Of a DNA stretch of 64,000 nucleotides, positions 12,781 through 28,839 are shown piece after piece. This DNA is from Octopus vulgaris (Eukaryota). The translations under genes and the position numbers were made by a program. Position 1 is the stretch's first letter, and every line of letters starts with the position of its first letter. The notes under the pieces were generated by a model that made no database searches, was not told where the DNA came from, and saw only the letters and a program-made list of their open reading frames with translations. The stretch lies in assembly GCA_951406725.2 (NCBI GenBank), contig OX597828.1:37386001-37450000 (forward strand). The letters are read 5' to 3'.

Positions 12781-12837
12781 TCCGAGCAATGTTTTTTTTT
12801 TATGATTGTTGCCCCATATGTAAAATACATTAATTAA

Positions 12838-12924
<87 letters not shown>

Positions 12925-12998
12925 TGTGTTTACGTTTTGTGACGTCCTCTACCCATATATGCATATGTATATACATATATATATATATAAGTATGTAC

Positions 12999-13031
<33 letters not shown>

Positions 13032-13244
13032 TGTATGTATGTATGTATGTATGTATGTATATATATATATATATATATACATATATAAGAAAGTGGAGTT
13101 GTGGGGTACCGCACGAGCGAATTATATACGAAAGAAGGTTTAAAAATGCAATTTAAAAGATGTTTATTTGCTTTACCGGTTTCACTCTTTGGAAAAAGAT
13201 TGTCAAAAGTAACATGTAGAAGTTTGGTTATATATATATATGTA

Positions 13245-13440
13245 GGGAAAATTCAGGAAAATACAAAAGACGAAGACAGGTGGTGTAGAAAACAAACAGA
13301 TGTATTAGTATAACGCTCGGGAATTGAAAAAGTCTTTAACGTTTCGAGCCTACGTTCTTCCACAGAAAGGAACACAGAAAGAAACAAAGAGAGAAGCAAG
13401 GAGAGAAAAAAGTGTATGTAGTGGCTACCGATCTATCATA
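13245..13440 (-). mobile_element. Dispersed repeat carrying a minimal variant hammerhead (13334-13369)
   Basis: Minus strand CUUU-CUGUGGAA-GAAC guag GCUC-GAAAC-GUU-AAAG; homologous copies near 43050, 53935 and 55500. Confidence 0.65.
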
Positions 13441-13514
13441 ACGAATGATAGATATATATTACTTATATTATCTATCTATCTATATATCTATTTATCCATC
13501 CATCCATTCCTCAA

Positions 13515-13660
13515 TTTATCAACTGGTACTTATTTTATCTACCCCCAAAGGATGAAATGCAAGGCCGACTTCAACGGATTTCAACGCAGAACGTAAAGCC
13601 GAATGAAATGCCTCCAAACATTTGTCCCGGTGTGCTATTGGTTCTACAATCTCACCGTCT
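13515..13660 (-). mobile_element. SINE family A
   Basis: aactggtacttatttt..aaaggatgaaatgcaaggccgac..agaacgta. Confidence 0.65.
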
Positions 13661-14300
13661 TAAAAGCTGGGTTTGCGTTCCTATCTATCGATTCGTGAAT
13701 TAATAATGATTTAATTAACTTTCGTCTCTTTCATATTTATTCTTTTTACTGTTAGAAATTCATATTTTATACGTAAGAAAGTAATGAGTGTACGAGAGGA
13801 GTTCTACATAGCAGTATGTTGTGCTAGAAATGGTGGCTAGATCGATCTCAAGTCACATTGAAAAGTGGAGTATAACACGTTGGATAATGTTGGATAAGAT
13901 AAGATCACTGAAAGTAAAAGCACGAGATGGTCACGCTTGGAATGTCGTTGAAGCCAACCAACAGTAAAAATAGCAATAGCCATAAATACAATAAAGGAAT
14001 AAATCGTATCAGTATCTTTAAAATAACATTTGTTTTAAGATATATCCCACAGAAATATGCGGAAACGCACGGAAACATTTTACGTTCTTGATACGAAAAC
14101 ATCTACAGTTTGTGTTCGATGGAGCAGACGATTGTTTCCGAAGCTTCCCCCTCTGTGTGTGAGTTGTGTGTGTGTGTGTGTGTGTGTGTGTTTAGTCTAA
14201 TCAGATTATGAAGCAGATAAACATATCTGACATTTTACACCGAAAATTATTGGTGAATGTAAAGAGAATCAAATACATTTAAAAGGAAGATTGATAGTTC

Positions 14301-14348
<48 letters not shown>

Positions 14349-14655
14349 CGAACACGAACACACACACACACACACACATACAGACACACACACAAACACA
14401 CACACGCGCGCACACACGCACACACGCGTAGTAGCTGTAATTTTATCGATTCCGTGTTTATGATGTGATATTCATATAATGTATACACACAGACATATAT
14501 ACACAACCCCATAAACATATAAATACACACACAATACAAACGCCCTCACACAAGCACACAAACGTATGTGTCAGACAACACATACCCGCATACAATCGCA
14601 TGCAAACATACATACGCATGTATATATTTACGCACATATTGTTACACACATTTTC

Positions 14656-14697
<42 letters not shown>

Positions 14698-14754
14698 TCG
14701 AGGCATATGCCTATATGTGTGTGAGCACATGCTCACACACGTGTATTTACATAC

Positions 14755-14835
<81 letters not shown>

Positions 14836-14919
14836 GGAGATTGAAATGGAGATAGATAAATAGACGCACATACGTCTATCTATCTATTTATCTATCTATC
14901 TATTTATCTATCTATCTAA

Positions 14920-14954
<35 letters not shown>

Positions 14955-14983
14955 ATTATCTATCTGTCTGTCTGTCTATCTAA

Positions 14984-15058
<75 letters not shown>

Positions 15059-15764
15059 CCTATCTGTCTAGCTAGCTAGCTACACACATATTGGCCGCAG
15101 TTGGGTGCTTTCGTGTGCTTGTACGCCGTGTACTTGACAGACTCGCATATTTTTATTTTGTAAATGGACTCCGACGCTTTGTAGTTTCTTCTGAACTCTT
15201 ACATCCAAGAAAACACAGATAACGCGATTGTCATTGTCTCCATCTTTGTCTTGCGCTAAATTGGATTAGTTCCACTAAATGTTGAGGAGACTTCTGGTCA
15301 CATAGGACCAATTAAATAAGGATGACCACGATTAATAATGTTTATTGCCTGAATATGTAATTGATTTGTATTGCTTCAAAGCGGAACAGAAATTATGTCT
15401 TAAGACATGTAGTCAGGTTCCGTGTTCAAATCCATCTGGAGTTTAATTATGTTTAATCTTTCTGGGGCTTTTGGTATTGTTGTTCATTCCCAGGTCCGTT
15501 TCAAACATGACTATTCCGCATTTGTCTGTCAGGACGACATGACATATCCGGCATAATCCGAAAAGGATAATCCAGGAATAAGCCAATCTCAATATATTTA
15601 TATAGTTTGTGCCTAACAAATTTCTTGTGACTTCATTATCCAATGTGACCTTATTCTAAGATGAAATGTTGAAATTCCAGGAGCATTTAGCTGCTATTTC
15701 AAGCAATACGAACGTTCACATAAAAGCTGCCTTGTTATGTTTCTCACTAAATAAATAATCCATT

Positions 15765-15973
15765 CTCTTAAAGGAACAAGAGCTGAAATTTGGGGTAAAG
15801 GAACCAGTCGATTATATCGACCCCAGTACGCAACTGGTACTTAATTTATGGACCCCGAAAGGATGAAAGGCGAAATCAACATCCGTGGAATTTGAACTCA
15901 GAACATAGCGACGGGCGAAATACCGTTAAGCATTTCATCTAGCACGCTAACGTTTCTGCCCGATCGGCGCCTT
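15765..15973 (-). mobile_element. SINE family A
   Basis: gtcgattatatcgaccccagtacgcaactggtacttaattt..ccccgaaaggatgaaaggc..tttgaactcagaac..aagcattt..gctaacgtttctgcc. Confidence 0.8.
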
Positions 15974-16343
15974 CTTCTCATTGAATAAATAATATTGTGG
16001 CAAGCAATTTCAGCGATCAACTTAATATAATATAAATTTGTTGAATTGCACTTAGCTTAGAAACCGTTACTATTAGCAATGTCTAAGCGGAGCGGTGAAA
16101 TGGAAATTTTAGAGCCGAATAGATAAACTGCTTTAGAAAATTGAATTAATCATTTTGCCTTCTGAGTTAAAACTCCTTTGGAACCAAATTTGCCTTTTAT
16201 CCGTTTAGGGTATACTAACTTACCAAACAAGGACTGGCATGTGATCGTTTAAGATTTCTGGCTTGGTGTCAATTACAGAAACCATTATTAGCCAAGTTTA
16301 GTGAGTAACGAGGGAAAAGTAATCTCAGACCAATTTGTGTGCA

Positions 16344-16376
<33 letters not shown>

Positions 16377-16384
<8 letters not shown>

Positions 16385-16751
16385 GTGAAGTTGTCTGTGT
16401 ATGGCAGGTTTGGTAGCCTTCAACTAACACTATCTCCTCCGAGACCCTGCGGCGCAAGTTGACTAAAATTGAAAGTATGATAGAAGAAGGCTTGCTCTAT
16501 CTTCCGTAGAAGAAAAATTCAAATCGGACCCTTTTAACACCAAAAATTATTTACATCAAAAAGGTGTGTTTTTTTCTATTAAAATCCCTATTTTTTACGG
16601 TTTTTTGACTGCGGTGTCGCCATTTTTCGGTGTATTTCAACCAGAAAAATGTTCACTTTAGGAGAATAACAGGCTACATAATGCAAAATAAATTTTTACT
16701 TTTCAAAAGCTCCAATTCTAAAGGGTCGAAACAAACCCGAGCACCGACGGG

Positions 16752-16755
<4 letters not shown>
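16377..16755 (+). mobile_element. Non-autonomous Helitron-like element
   Basis: 5' tatatataaa..gttgtctgtgt start and a 3' subterminal hairpin cccg-agcaccga-cggg. The terminal CTAG is not seen. Confidence 0.55.
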
Positions 16756-16799
<44 letters not shown>

Positions 16800-17107
16800 G
16801 ATACTCCTCTCGTAAAAGATGGATAGAAGGATCTGTACCTTGCATTTTATTTGGACTGAACGTTGGGCAGTATGAAAGAGATATTTTATTCTGCCGGGTT
16901 CTGTTTTGCTACGGGTTACGAACAAGAATTTACAACAAAAGAAATCATTTGAACCTAGTTCTCTTTGTTGACTCGGCTTTAGCTTCCCCAGAAGTTGAAC
17001 TGGATATTTCTGTCTACTCACTTCAAACCAATTTAAACTAGTGAAATACGTTGTTCTCCATTCGTTTCGCCGAAAGAGAATGAAAGTGGGGTGTGTGAAA
17101 AAGATAA

Positions 17108-17148
<41 letters not shown>

Positions 17149-17565
17149 GAAAGAGTAAGAGAGAAAGAGAGAGAGACTTACATTGGCATACTTCGCTCAA
17201 ATCTTATCGGATCATTATACAGAGAAGTTAATCATTGCAACATCGATCAAATAGGTTTCAATCAAAAACTAATAAAAGTTTGGAGCCTTGTCTACTGCCA
17301 ATAACAGATATCAATATTAGCAAATATAGCTTAAATGAAAACTGAATATTACGATTCATATATTTCCACAATTCCGGCAATAAAGACTGAACAGTAGAAG
17401 GAATTAACTGTAGCTAGACCACGGGAATAAAAACTGTTTGTATCTTAAACGAAAATAATGTGGTTGGAAGTGAGAGGTTTCGTCTGTTTAAAGCAGTGAA
17501 AATATATTCATACAACCTTTGATGCATATGCTGTGTGCCTGTGCACCAGTCTATGTGTGAGTGTA

Positions 17566-17609
<44 letters not shown>

Positions 17610-17612
17610 TGT

Positions 17613-17652
<40 letters not shown>

Positions 17653-17932
17653 TATATGTATATATAAATATATAGATACATGTATATATATATTTATATA
17701 TACATATATATATATGTGTGTGTATGTATGTATATATATATGTATATAAAAGTATGTATATGTATATATATGCATATATACTTATACACATATCTGTGTG
17801 TGTGTGCCTCTATGTGTATATTTGTGTATGTGTGTGCCTGAGTACACAAACACACACATATATTTGTATGAATGTATGATCTATCTATCTATCTATTTAT
17901 TTCTCTCTCTCTCTCTATATATATATATATAC

Positions 17933-17965
<33 letters not shown>

Positions 17966-18071
17966 CATATATATATACTTACATACGTACAGATATATAT
18001 ATATATAAAGAACATATATATATATATGTATGATTGTATAATATATATATATATATATATGTATGATTGTA

Positions 18072-18124
<53 letters not shown>

Positions 18125-18143
18125 GTAACTACATATGTATCTA

Positions 18144-18210
<67 letters not shown>

Positions 18211-18380
18211 CACATATACATATATATACATACATATGTAAAATGTATATATATATATATATTATGTCATAAATATATTCGTAGGATGAAATCCAAATTG
18301 GCTGAAATAAATAATCTGGTACAGAACAACACTGTGATATCAGACGTAATATTCTAAATACATACATATATATATATATG

Positions 18381-18421
<41 letters not shown>

Positions 18422-18423
18422 GG

Positions 18424-18479
<56 letters not shown>

Positions 18480-18790
18480 GTGTGTGTGTGTATATGTATA
18501 TATATATATATATATACATATATATATTATAGCAATATACCCAGGAAAATAACACGCAAAAACACGGAAACACGCACACGTTCACACACACACGCACAAA
18601 CACACACAAACATACACAAACACACACATACATACATACATATAAAGTATGAATAAAATGATAATAGGTAATATAAAACACGAACGATATACTGATATAT
18701 AGGAGCTTACACATATACATACTCACAAATACACGCACACGTATGCAGACATATCTATACACATAGGCACACACATACACTAACAGACAT

Positions 18791-18826
<36 letters not shown>

Positions 18827-19238
18827 GTATGTATGTATGTATATGTATGTATATATTCATGTACGTATGTATGTATCTATCTATCTATATCTATATCTAT
18901 CTATCTATTTATCTCTCTCTCTGTAGATATATAGTGATAGATAGATAGATATGCAATATTAAAAGACATGGCTGATTGTTATTGACTATCATCTTTTGCC
19001 AACGATTATTAAAGAAGTGTTGTTTCAGAAGTAATATATTTGATATTACCTATGAGATAACTCTCGATATTGATTTTAGATGGTTTATATACGAAATGAA
19101 TTGAGTTATCACATCGATAAACGCACGCAGACACACTCACATACATATATGGCAAACACGCACCCACAGACACACACACACACTCACAGAGCATTCATAC
19201 CTGTATCGATGCTTCGATAAACGCCGTTATCACACCCA

Positions 19239-19921
19239 TATCCCGGTGGTGCGCATGGCAGAATTTTGGAGAGAAAATTTACGGTTTCAATCGTCTACTT
19301 AGTTTTAGCCTATGCTGACCCCCCCCCCCCCACTATTTGATGACGCCTGGTCAAAAGTGAAGGTTGGTGGCATTTGATAAATCTAACGAAGATGGTGCTG
19401 AAGAAAGACATAAGGCAATTTCTCGCCTATGATCTCAGTAAGGCATTGTTTTCGTTTATTTGCTCCTCCTATTTTGCGTATGTGAATTGCAGGGTTATGT
19501 CGTATATGGAGCCCCCACTTGTAGAAAATGGAAATAAACAGTCTCTGACTGCTATTTCTAATTCTTTCGGTATGCGGCAGAGCAACCTGTTGCCTGCCCT
19601 TTTACTTATATACTATATATACTGAACTCCACAGAAGTTCCCGACGCTAAAGGTCATATTTACATACCGAAATCTACCGGTAAATAATTGTTGGTTGTCT
19701 GAAAAACCATCGAAAATATTATTTACCCTTTTATTATATTACTAATTGGATTTCTTACTCCATTACGACTATCCCGGTGGTGCGCATGACAGAATTTTGG
19801 AGGGAAAATTTACGGTTTCTACTTAGTTTTAGCCTATGCTCACCTTCCCCCCCACTATTTGATGACGCCTGGTCAAAAGTGGAGGCTGGTGGCTTTTTAA
19901 AAATCTAACGAAGATGGTGCT
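19239..19921. repeat. Element with ~155 bp terminal direct repeats (period 531 bp)
   Basis: 19239-19399 and 19770-19921 align (tatcccggtggtgcgcatg..aatctaacgaagatggtgct). The right end runs into (TA)n. Confidence 0.85.
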
Positions 19922-21134
19922 TATATATATATATATATATATATATACCATAGCATCAAACTAAAGGTAGTAAAATAGTTAACTTATTTGTTTGTTCTCT
20001 TTCTCTAAGACTTACAGAATTATGTCACCAAGACTTATAAAATTATGTCACTAATTTGGAAAGTAAGTAACGACCTTCAAGCATTTGCATTTTTAAAAAA
20101 TATTCTAAATGCATTTTGTTATCGCTTTGAAAATTACACATCAGTGAGAAAGTCGGCCAAAGTGACAGATTTCACTTTTAAATCTTGCAGTATTTTTGTA
20201 ATCAACGTTTGTTTTGAATTACAATTAAACACGCAAGTACTTCAACCAATTTCCTTTGACCGTTTCTTGACTTTCATTGAATAATGTATATTGTGTGATG
20301 CCATTGTAAATCGAATCTGTTAATATGAAAAATAACAATAGATTAAGCACATGGCCTTTTTCAAGATGAATTCGATTAGGCCTGATAATGAACCTTCAAT
20401 ATCTTTTAGAGTTCATGATACAAATGCATGAAACGTAAAACGTTACCTGCATGATCGACGGAACAAAACGATGGGAGCATCTGTGTAAAGCCTAACTGGG
20501 TGTTTCTATGTGCCGTTCTACTCCTAGAAATAGCAGCTAAATCTGCCAATGAAATCACACAGTACCGTCTTAAAATAACAAGTATACATTAGATATTGTA
20601 GCCATACAGCTATATGGAAAAATACGAGTGGAATCTTTTCGCTTCATAGCTTCGCTAAATCGCGATGAAAATAATGAAAGCTGGAAAAAAAAAATGTTCA
20701 TATCGAAGAAAACCGAATATTTACACTTTCATTAAACGTTTTTAGACAAAGTTGGAAATATAATAGTAATATCAAAGAAAACTGGATATGTTTACATTCA
20801 ATAATTAATTTATTTTATAAGTCAATTGGTGTAAAAGTAGAAATATCGATTTCGGGTTTCCAAACATGCCTATGACTGTTTTGCTGGATCTTTATTGTAG
20901 CTGTGTTAATCGAGTGCGTGTAAATCGGTGTGGAACAAATATCGCGAAGAATATCTTTGAAATAGATCTAGATACTTTTTAGTGACATTTTAAGTGTACC
21001 GAGAGTAAATATAAGGACAAAGAATTATAACGCCCCCTCCCAAAAAAAATCAATCACAAATATAGACAAGCAAGCAAAGAAACACCAGCGCATGCGCGCA
21101 CATTAACATATACACGGACAATGTACCGTTTATC

Positions 21135-21349
21135 TTTTACTTGTTTCAGTCTTTGGACGGTGGCCATCTTGGGGCACTGATTTCAAGTATTTGGTCGACC
21201 AAATAAACCCAGTTATTTTTTTTTTCATCTGTTAACGCAATACTTATTCTATCGGTTACTTTTGTCGAACCTTTAGTACAAGGGCGTAAAAATGCCAGCA
21301 CTGTGACTCGAGCGATGGTTGAGGGACCTGCACAAACACAGATACACGT

Positions 21350-21350
<1 letters not shown>
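21135..21350 (-). mobile_element. SINE family B, 3' half, diverged
   Basis: cttttacttgtttcagtc..tacttattctatcggt..cttttgtcgaacc. Confidence 0.65.
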
Positions 21351-21436
<86 letters not shown>

Positions 21437-21474
21437 CATACGTACATGCATACATACACACACACACACACGTA

Positions 21475-21601
21475 CTCTGCGTGGAAACTTGGGCTAGTCT
21501 CTCCTACTATAGTCTCGGGCCGACCAAAGCCTTGTGAGCCCATTTGGTAGATGGAAACTGAAAGAAGCCCGATATATATGTATATGTGTGTGCATGAGTG
21601 T

Positions 21602-21641
<40 letters not shown>

Positions 21642-21842
21642 TGTTTGTTCTCCACTACCATCACTTGACAACCGATGTGGGTGTGCTTACATCACAGTAA
21701 CGTAGAGGTTCGGCAAAAGAAACCTATAGAATAAGTACATGGCTTACAAAGAATGAGTCCTGGGGTCGATATCATCGAACAAAAGGCAGTGCTCTAGTAT
21801 GGTCGCAGTCAAATGACTGAAAGAACTAAAGGAATAAAAGAA
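21475..21842 (+). mobile_element. SINE family B, 5'-truncated
   Basis: ctgcgtggaaacttgggc..gggccgaccaaagccttgtgag..ggaaactgaaagaagccc..caaatgactgaaa. Confidence 0.8.
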
Positions 21843-22219
21843 TATATATATATATATGTGTGTGTTGTGTGTGTGCGCGCGAGTGTGTATGTATATGAAT
21901 ATATACCTGTATACACACATACATATATATGTAGTTACAGATAAAATTTCATTGAGTTTGATTTGATATCTACTTGCAATGCAAACTGTTAATTAAAATC
22001 GAAATACTGATCAAAGACAGATAGGTAAAAAATAAAACATAAATAAACGGGTATCTTAGATCATTCTCGGACGCAGAATAAGAAACTTCTGGTGGTGTGG
22101 GAAATGGTAACGAAAATATATTTGTAATATAACACATATCCTGCTGAAAATATTGCACTCTGTAATTGAATTAGGTATTTTTGTTACATACACATACACA
22201 GACAGACACATACACACAT

Positions 22220-22545
22220 GTTTGTTAGTTAGTTTGTTTGTTAATTTGGCTCAAAACCAAATAGCAAGGCCATGTAGGGGGACATGGAGTTAAGTACAGG
22301 GTGGTGTTCATGTAAAGAGTTCAGGCCACTTGAGGTCCAGGGAGGCTTTGAACAAAGCGGTCGTCGGCATCTTCACCATCTCGTCTGGCAGCTTGTTCCA
22401 CGGATCCGCAACCCGGACGGAGAAAGCTCCTCTCCTTCGATTGAGCTGAAATCGTCGCAGGTAGAGCTTTTCGGAATGACCCCGCAGCCGACGCTCCGGA
22501 GCAGGAGTGAAGAACAGCTCTTTCGAGAGGTTACACTTCCCTAGA
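22220..22545 (-). mobile_element. CR1/L2-group LINE 3' end (RT C-terminus plus tail)
   Basis: ORF 22308-22550 reads [33 protein letters not shown], the RGH..KL..FS.RV..WN.LP..FK..LD motif of CR1-type ORF2 ends. A short tetranucleotide tail follows. Confidence 0.85.
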
Positions 22546-22609
22546 TACACATGTTTGTATGTATCTCTTTCTCACTCTCTCTCTCTCTATTTCTATGTAT
22601 ATGCGTATG

Positions 22610-22665
<56 letters not shown>

Positions 22666-22846
22666 TATATGTATGCATATATAAACATATATATATATAT
22701 ATATATACATATAGGGTTTAGCAACGATAAACCCTTAATTACTTAGTATTACTTAAACCTTCCTCGAATGGGGCTTTTACATGCCGAAATCTATTTGGTG
22801 AAATTAATGATTATTCCAAATTAATTAATTTCACCCTATATTATTA

Positions 22847-22903
<57 letters not shown>

Positions 22904-23100
22904 TATATATGTATATATACATGCCTGCATGCATACATACATACATATATACATACATACATACATACATACACAAACATATACACAGACCCATATATAT
23001 ATATATCTATATACACACCCGTCGAAATATGAAGGGGAGGAAGATAAAAGGAGGAGGAATTGAAAATTCTTACCGATATATGATAACGCATAGATGGATG

Positions 23101-23174
<74 letters not shown>

Positions 23175-23668
23175 CAGATTTGAGAGAAGGAGAGAGAGTG
23201 GGAGAGAGAGAGTGAGAAACAGAGTGAGAGCGTGAGAGAATGAGTCTGGAAGAGAAGGAGAAACGTTTGATGGCGCCTTGAGAAAAATTTGAGAAAGAAT
23301 ACTGGAGATGGAATTTGAAAAATAAGATAATTAAATTCACTTGGTATGTGAACTAGATGAACTGGCTAAAATAACAGGGGTGGAAGATGAAGGCGTTTGC
23401 GTGCCCGTATATGTGTGTGAGTGCCAGTGTGTTTGTGTACGTGTGCATGTGTATTTGTGTGTGTCTGTATGCATTATTCCAGAGAGAGAGAGAGAGAGAG
23501 AGAGGAGGCAAGCAACATATGCCATCGGTCGTTGCGAAATGATACGATATATTTCTTCAAATATTTGCTTTGAAACAGTGTCTAGGCGTCTAACACATTT
23601 TCCGAGTAGTAATCTACCGTCATTGTTCTCTCATTTGTCTGAATATCTGTACGCATCGATATATCTTC

Positions 23669-23713
<45 letters not shown>

Positions 23714-24107
23714 ATACGATAAGCAATACATGTGTTTACTAAACGCACACACATGGGCCTGGATCTGTGAGCCTATATATTTATATATATATATATGGAC
23801 GTAAGCGTAATTTTTATAGTGGTATTCCACAGTGCAATGTCTCAGAAGTACAAGAATTTCCAACCTGGTTGGTATCCTCCAACTACCAGTATATGCATGC
23901 GTATATGCACGGGTATGTGTGTGTGTTAAATTAACGTATGTCAGTTTAAACTCTCCATTTATTATTATTTTTATTATTATTATATATAGATATATTATAT
24001 TCATACATACATACACACTCACATTTACTTAGTGCATGTGTGTGTATATGCATGTGTATGTAAGCATATATAGACAAGTTGTGCTGTTGTAAACATGTAT
24101 GTCTGTA

Positions 24108-24168
<61 letters not shown>

Positions 24169-24202
24169 GTCAGTCTGTCAGTCTATATATCTATCTATCT
24201 TC

Positions 24203-24269
<67 letters not shown>

Positions 24270-24669
24270 TGTATATTTTTTGTCTGCATATACGTATATG
24301 TGTATGTGTCTGATTGTGTAAGCATGAGTGAATTTACAAGGGTATGTGTTCGTACACGTTACGTCAATATGTCTTTATGCGCACCACAAGAGAGTTTCGT
24401 ATCAGAATTTTTGATCGATGGATCTTTTCAGAAAGTGACTACTCACTTGACTGGCCTATGATTAATTGAAAATAGAACAAACAAATATGCAACAAGACGT
24501 AACAGGTCGAAAGCAACAACAAGATACACTGACAGTCGAAAGTAATCGATAAGTGAAGACGCAAGTTATTAGGTGTTTGTATCTAAAGTGTGTGTATTCA
24601 CACCAGTTATACCGTGGAATATTCTATCGAGAAGAACTGGTGTAGAATTACACAGCTCTGTGAATCATT

Positions 24670-24725
<56 letters not shown>

Positions 24726-24783
24726 TTACAATATATACACATATATACATATATATGTATGCATATAATATTATGTATATATT

Positions 24784-24823
<40 letters not shown>

Positions 24824-24972
24824 TAAATATATATTTCTGTGTATGTATGTATATATACACATATATATGTATATATACATATGCGTATGTATACAAATAT
24901 ATGATAGATATATGATAAATATATATATTCTGTATATTGTATCTGTATATATAATACATATAATATATGCCT

Positions 24973-25033
<61 letters not shown>

Positions 25034-25943
25034 GCAGTAGTTAGTTTCTGGTTTGTTTTCGTTCTTTTTGTTGTTGTTGGTTTGATATTGTTTTTGTTTC
25101 CGTATGGTTTTTTTGTGTTGAAATTTTTAATGTTTATTTTTCTTTCCAATATACATTAAGAAAATTTTATTTTTTTTGTTTGTTCTGGTTCCTAAAGAAG
25201 ACCCAGTTCCATGCCGAAGTCTGTTTATTCTTCATTGGCACGAGGAAACGTTTTGGCTGTGGTGAAAGAAGGAATGCAGAGAGACAACGGAAGAGAAGAA
25301 AGAAAGAAGGAAAGAGAGAAAGAAGAAAGTTGAAAATAAAGAAAGAAAAGAAGAAGAAGTATGTGAGCGAGCAATTGGAGAGAAAGTGGAACATAGAAAG
25401 ATACAAGGGAAACACGGAGACCCAGACGGATATTGGACATAGAGGGAGAGACAATGTGTCAGATACAATATGAAAAGAGAGAGGGGGAGAGAGTGTGGGA
25501 GAGAGGGGGAGAGAATGTGGGAGAGAGAGTGAGAGTAAGTCGGAAAGAGAGATAGAGAGTGCAAGATAGAGAGAGTGAGAAAGTGTGTGTGGGGGGAGAG
25601 ATAAAGAGAGAGAGAAAGTGAGGGAAAGCTGAAAGGTGTATAGAGATATTGAACTATGAGACGAATGGACAGCAGACGGAGAGAAAGAGGTAAAGGTAGA
25701 GAGAAAGAGAGATATTGGGCTGGAAACTAAATGGATAAGACAGAAGAGAGAGAGAGAGAGATAGAGAGAGAGAGGGGGGAGAGAAAGGATGGAGACAAGG
25801 CAAAAGAGAATGTAGGGAGAAAGAATTAAAAGCTGAGAGCGACAGACAGGAGAAAGAGGAGAGCGATGTAATTATAGACGTATTGAACTAGACGAGAGAG
25901 AGAGAGAGACGGAGAGAGAGGGGAGAGAGAGAGGGAGACAGTG

Positions 25944-27262
<1,319 letters not shown>

Positions 27263-27300
27263 TCTATCTCCGATTCTATCTCTTTTTCTCTCTTTCTGTC

Positions 27301-27389
<89 letters not shown>

Positions 27390-27420
27390 GTTTATATATG
27401 TGTGTGTATGTGTGTGCTTG

Positions 27421-27451
<31 letters not shown>

Positions 27452-27455
27452 TAAC

Positions 27456-27705
27456 AATTATAAACGAGGGCAAAAGAGAAAACGATTTCTATGCCAATAT
27501 CCTGAGAATAGACTTTAAATCGTCAATCATCACATGTGGTGATTGACGATTTAAAGTCGATTCTCAGCATATTGGCATAGAATTCTTTGTTCTTTTGCCC
27601 TTGTCTATAATTATTTATAATTTTTACCTTTAATGGTATTTTAATATGCTGGCCACTTTGATGAAATTTATTTTGCAAAAAATTTTAACCCTATACTAGA
27701 AGTAC

Positions 27706-27768
<63 letters not shown>

Positions 27769-27906
27769 TATGTGCATGTATGTATGTATGCATGTATATG
27801 TATATGTATGTTTATATAATAATGATAATGATTTGAGGGAATAGTATTCCTAACTTACAGGGAAAAATTCAATTTAGAAAAACTAAATCAAATACCACAA
27901 CATATA

Positions 27907-27946
<40 letters not shown>

Positions 27947-28113
27947 TAGAAAAAAATACCTTTTATCAATTCAAAATGAACAATAAAATTACACCATCTA
28001 GAAAATTACATATTATAGAAATATTAAAAATATAATAACAATAATATACCGATGATTAAGTTAATTGTAAAATGATAATTAAAATGTATATATTTGGTAG
28101 AATATATATATAT

Positions 28114-28170
<57 letters not shown>

Positions 28171-28402
28171 ATGTAGGATAAAATTTTTTCGTAAAAATTT
28201 TATCAATGGCCAGCATATTAAAAAATACCTTTAAAGGTTAAAATTATAAACAACTTATAAATAAGGGCAAGCGAAAAAATCTCTAATGCCAAATATGCCG
28301 AAAATTGGACATATTGTCCATTACCGCTACTCGAAAAATTATATGGTAATGGACAATATGTCCAATTTTTGGCATATATGGCATTAGAAATTTTTTCGTT
28401 TG
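27456..28402. repeat. Nested fold-backs of one repeat family
   Basis: Palindromes at 27456-27612 and 28268-28402; 27560-27693 is inverted against 28174-28305. Further copies lie at 49530-49600 and 33150-33186. Confidence 0.85.
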
Positions 28403-28701
28403 TATGTATATATATATATATATGTAAACATATGTCAAAGAAATCACAATTGACATGAGAGTTGAGCAAACCCCCAAAACTGGTCTAATGGGGCATTAAC
28501 ATCATTTTGAGATAGGTACTTGATCGTTGAATATCTCCCATGATAATTAAGAACTAAGCATTAAGGTTTATAATGTGCGGAAAGAGATCCTCCTATGAAA
28601 CCTCTGACAAGAGGCTGCTGTCCGCTCTCATAAATCTACCAGTACAAACAAGACGGAACGTTCTGAGAAGTAAAACGACAATGATGATGATGATGATGAT
28701 G

Positions 28702-28764
<63 letters not shown>

Positions 28765-28839
28765 GTAATAATAATAATAATGATAATGATAATAATAATA
28801 ATAAAACTAATACTACTACTAATAATAATAATAATAATA

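Noticed and set aside
15120-15650. Possible decayed transposase or host exon on the minus strand
   Set aside because: Only vague motif resemblance across stops; needs TBLASTN.
16800-17040. Helicase-like FEVSRQKYPVQL on the minus strand
   Set aside because: The downstream TINKSQG motif is absent.
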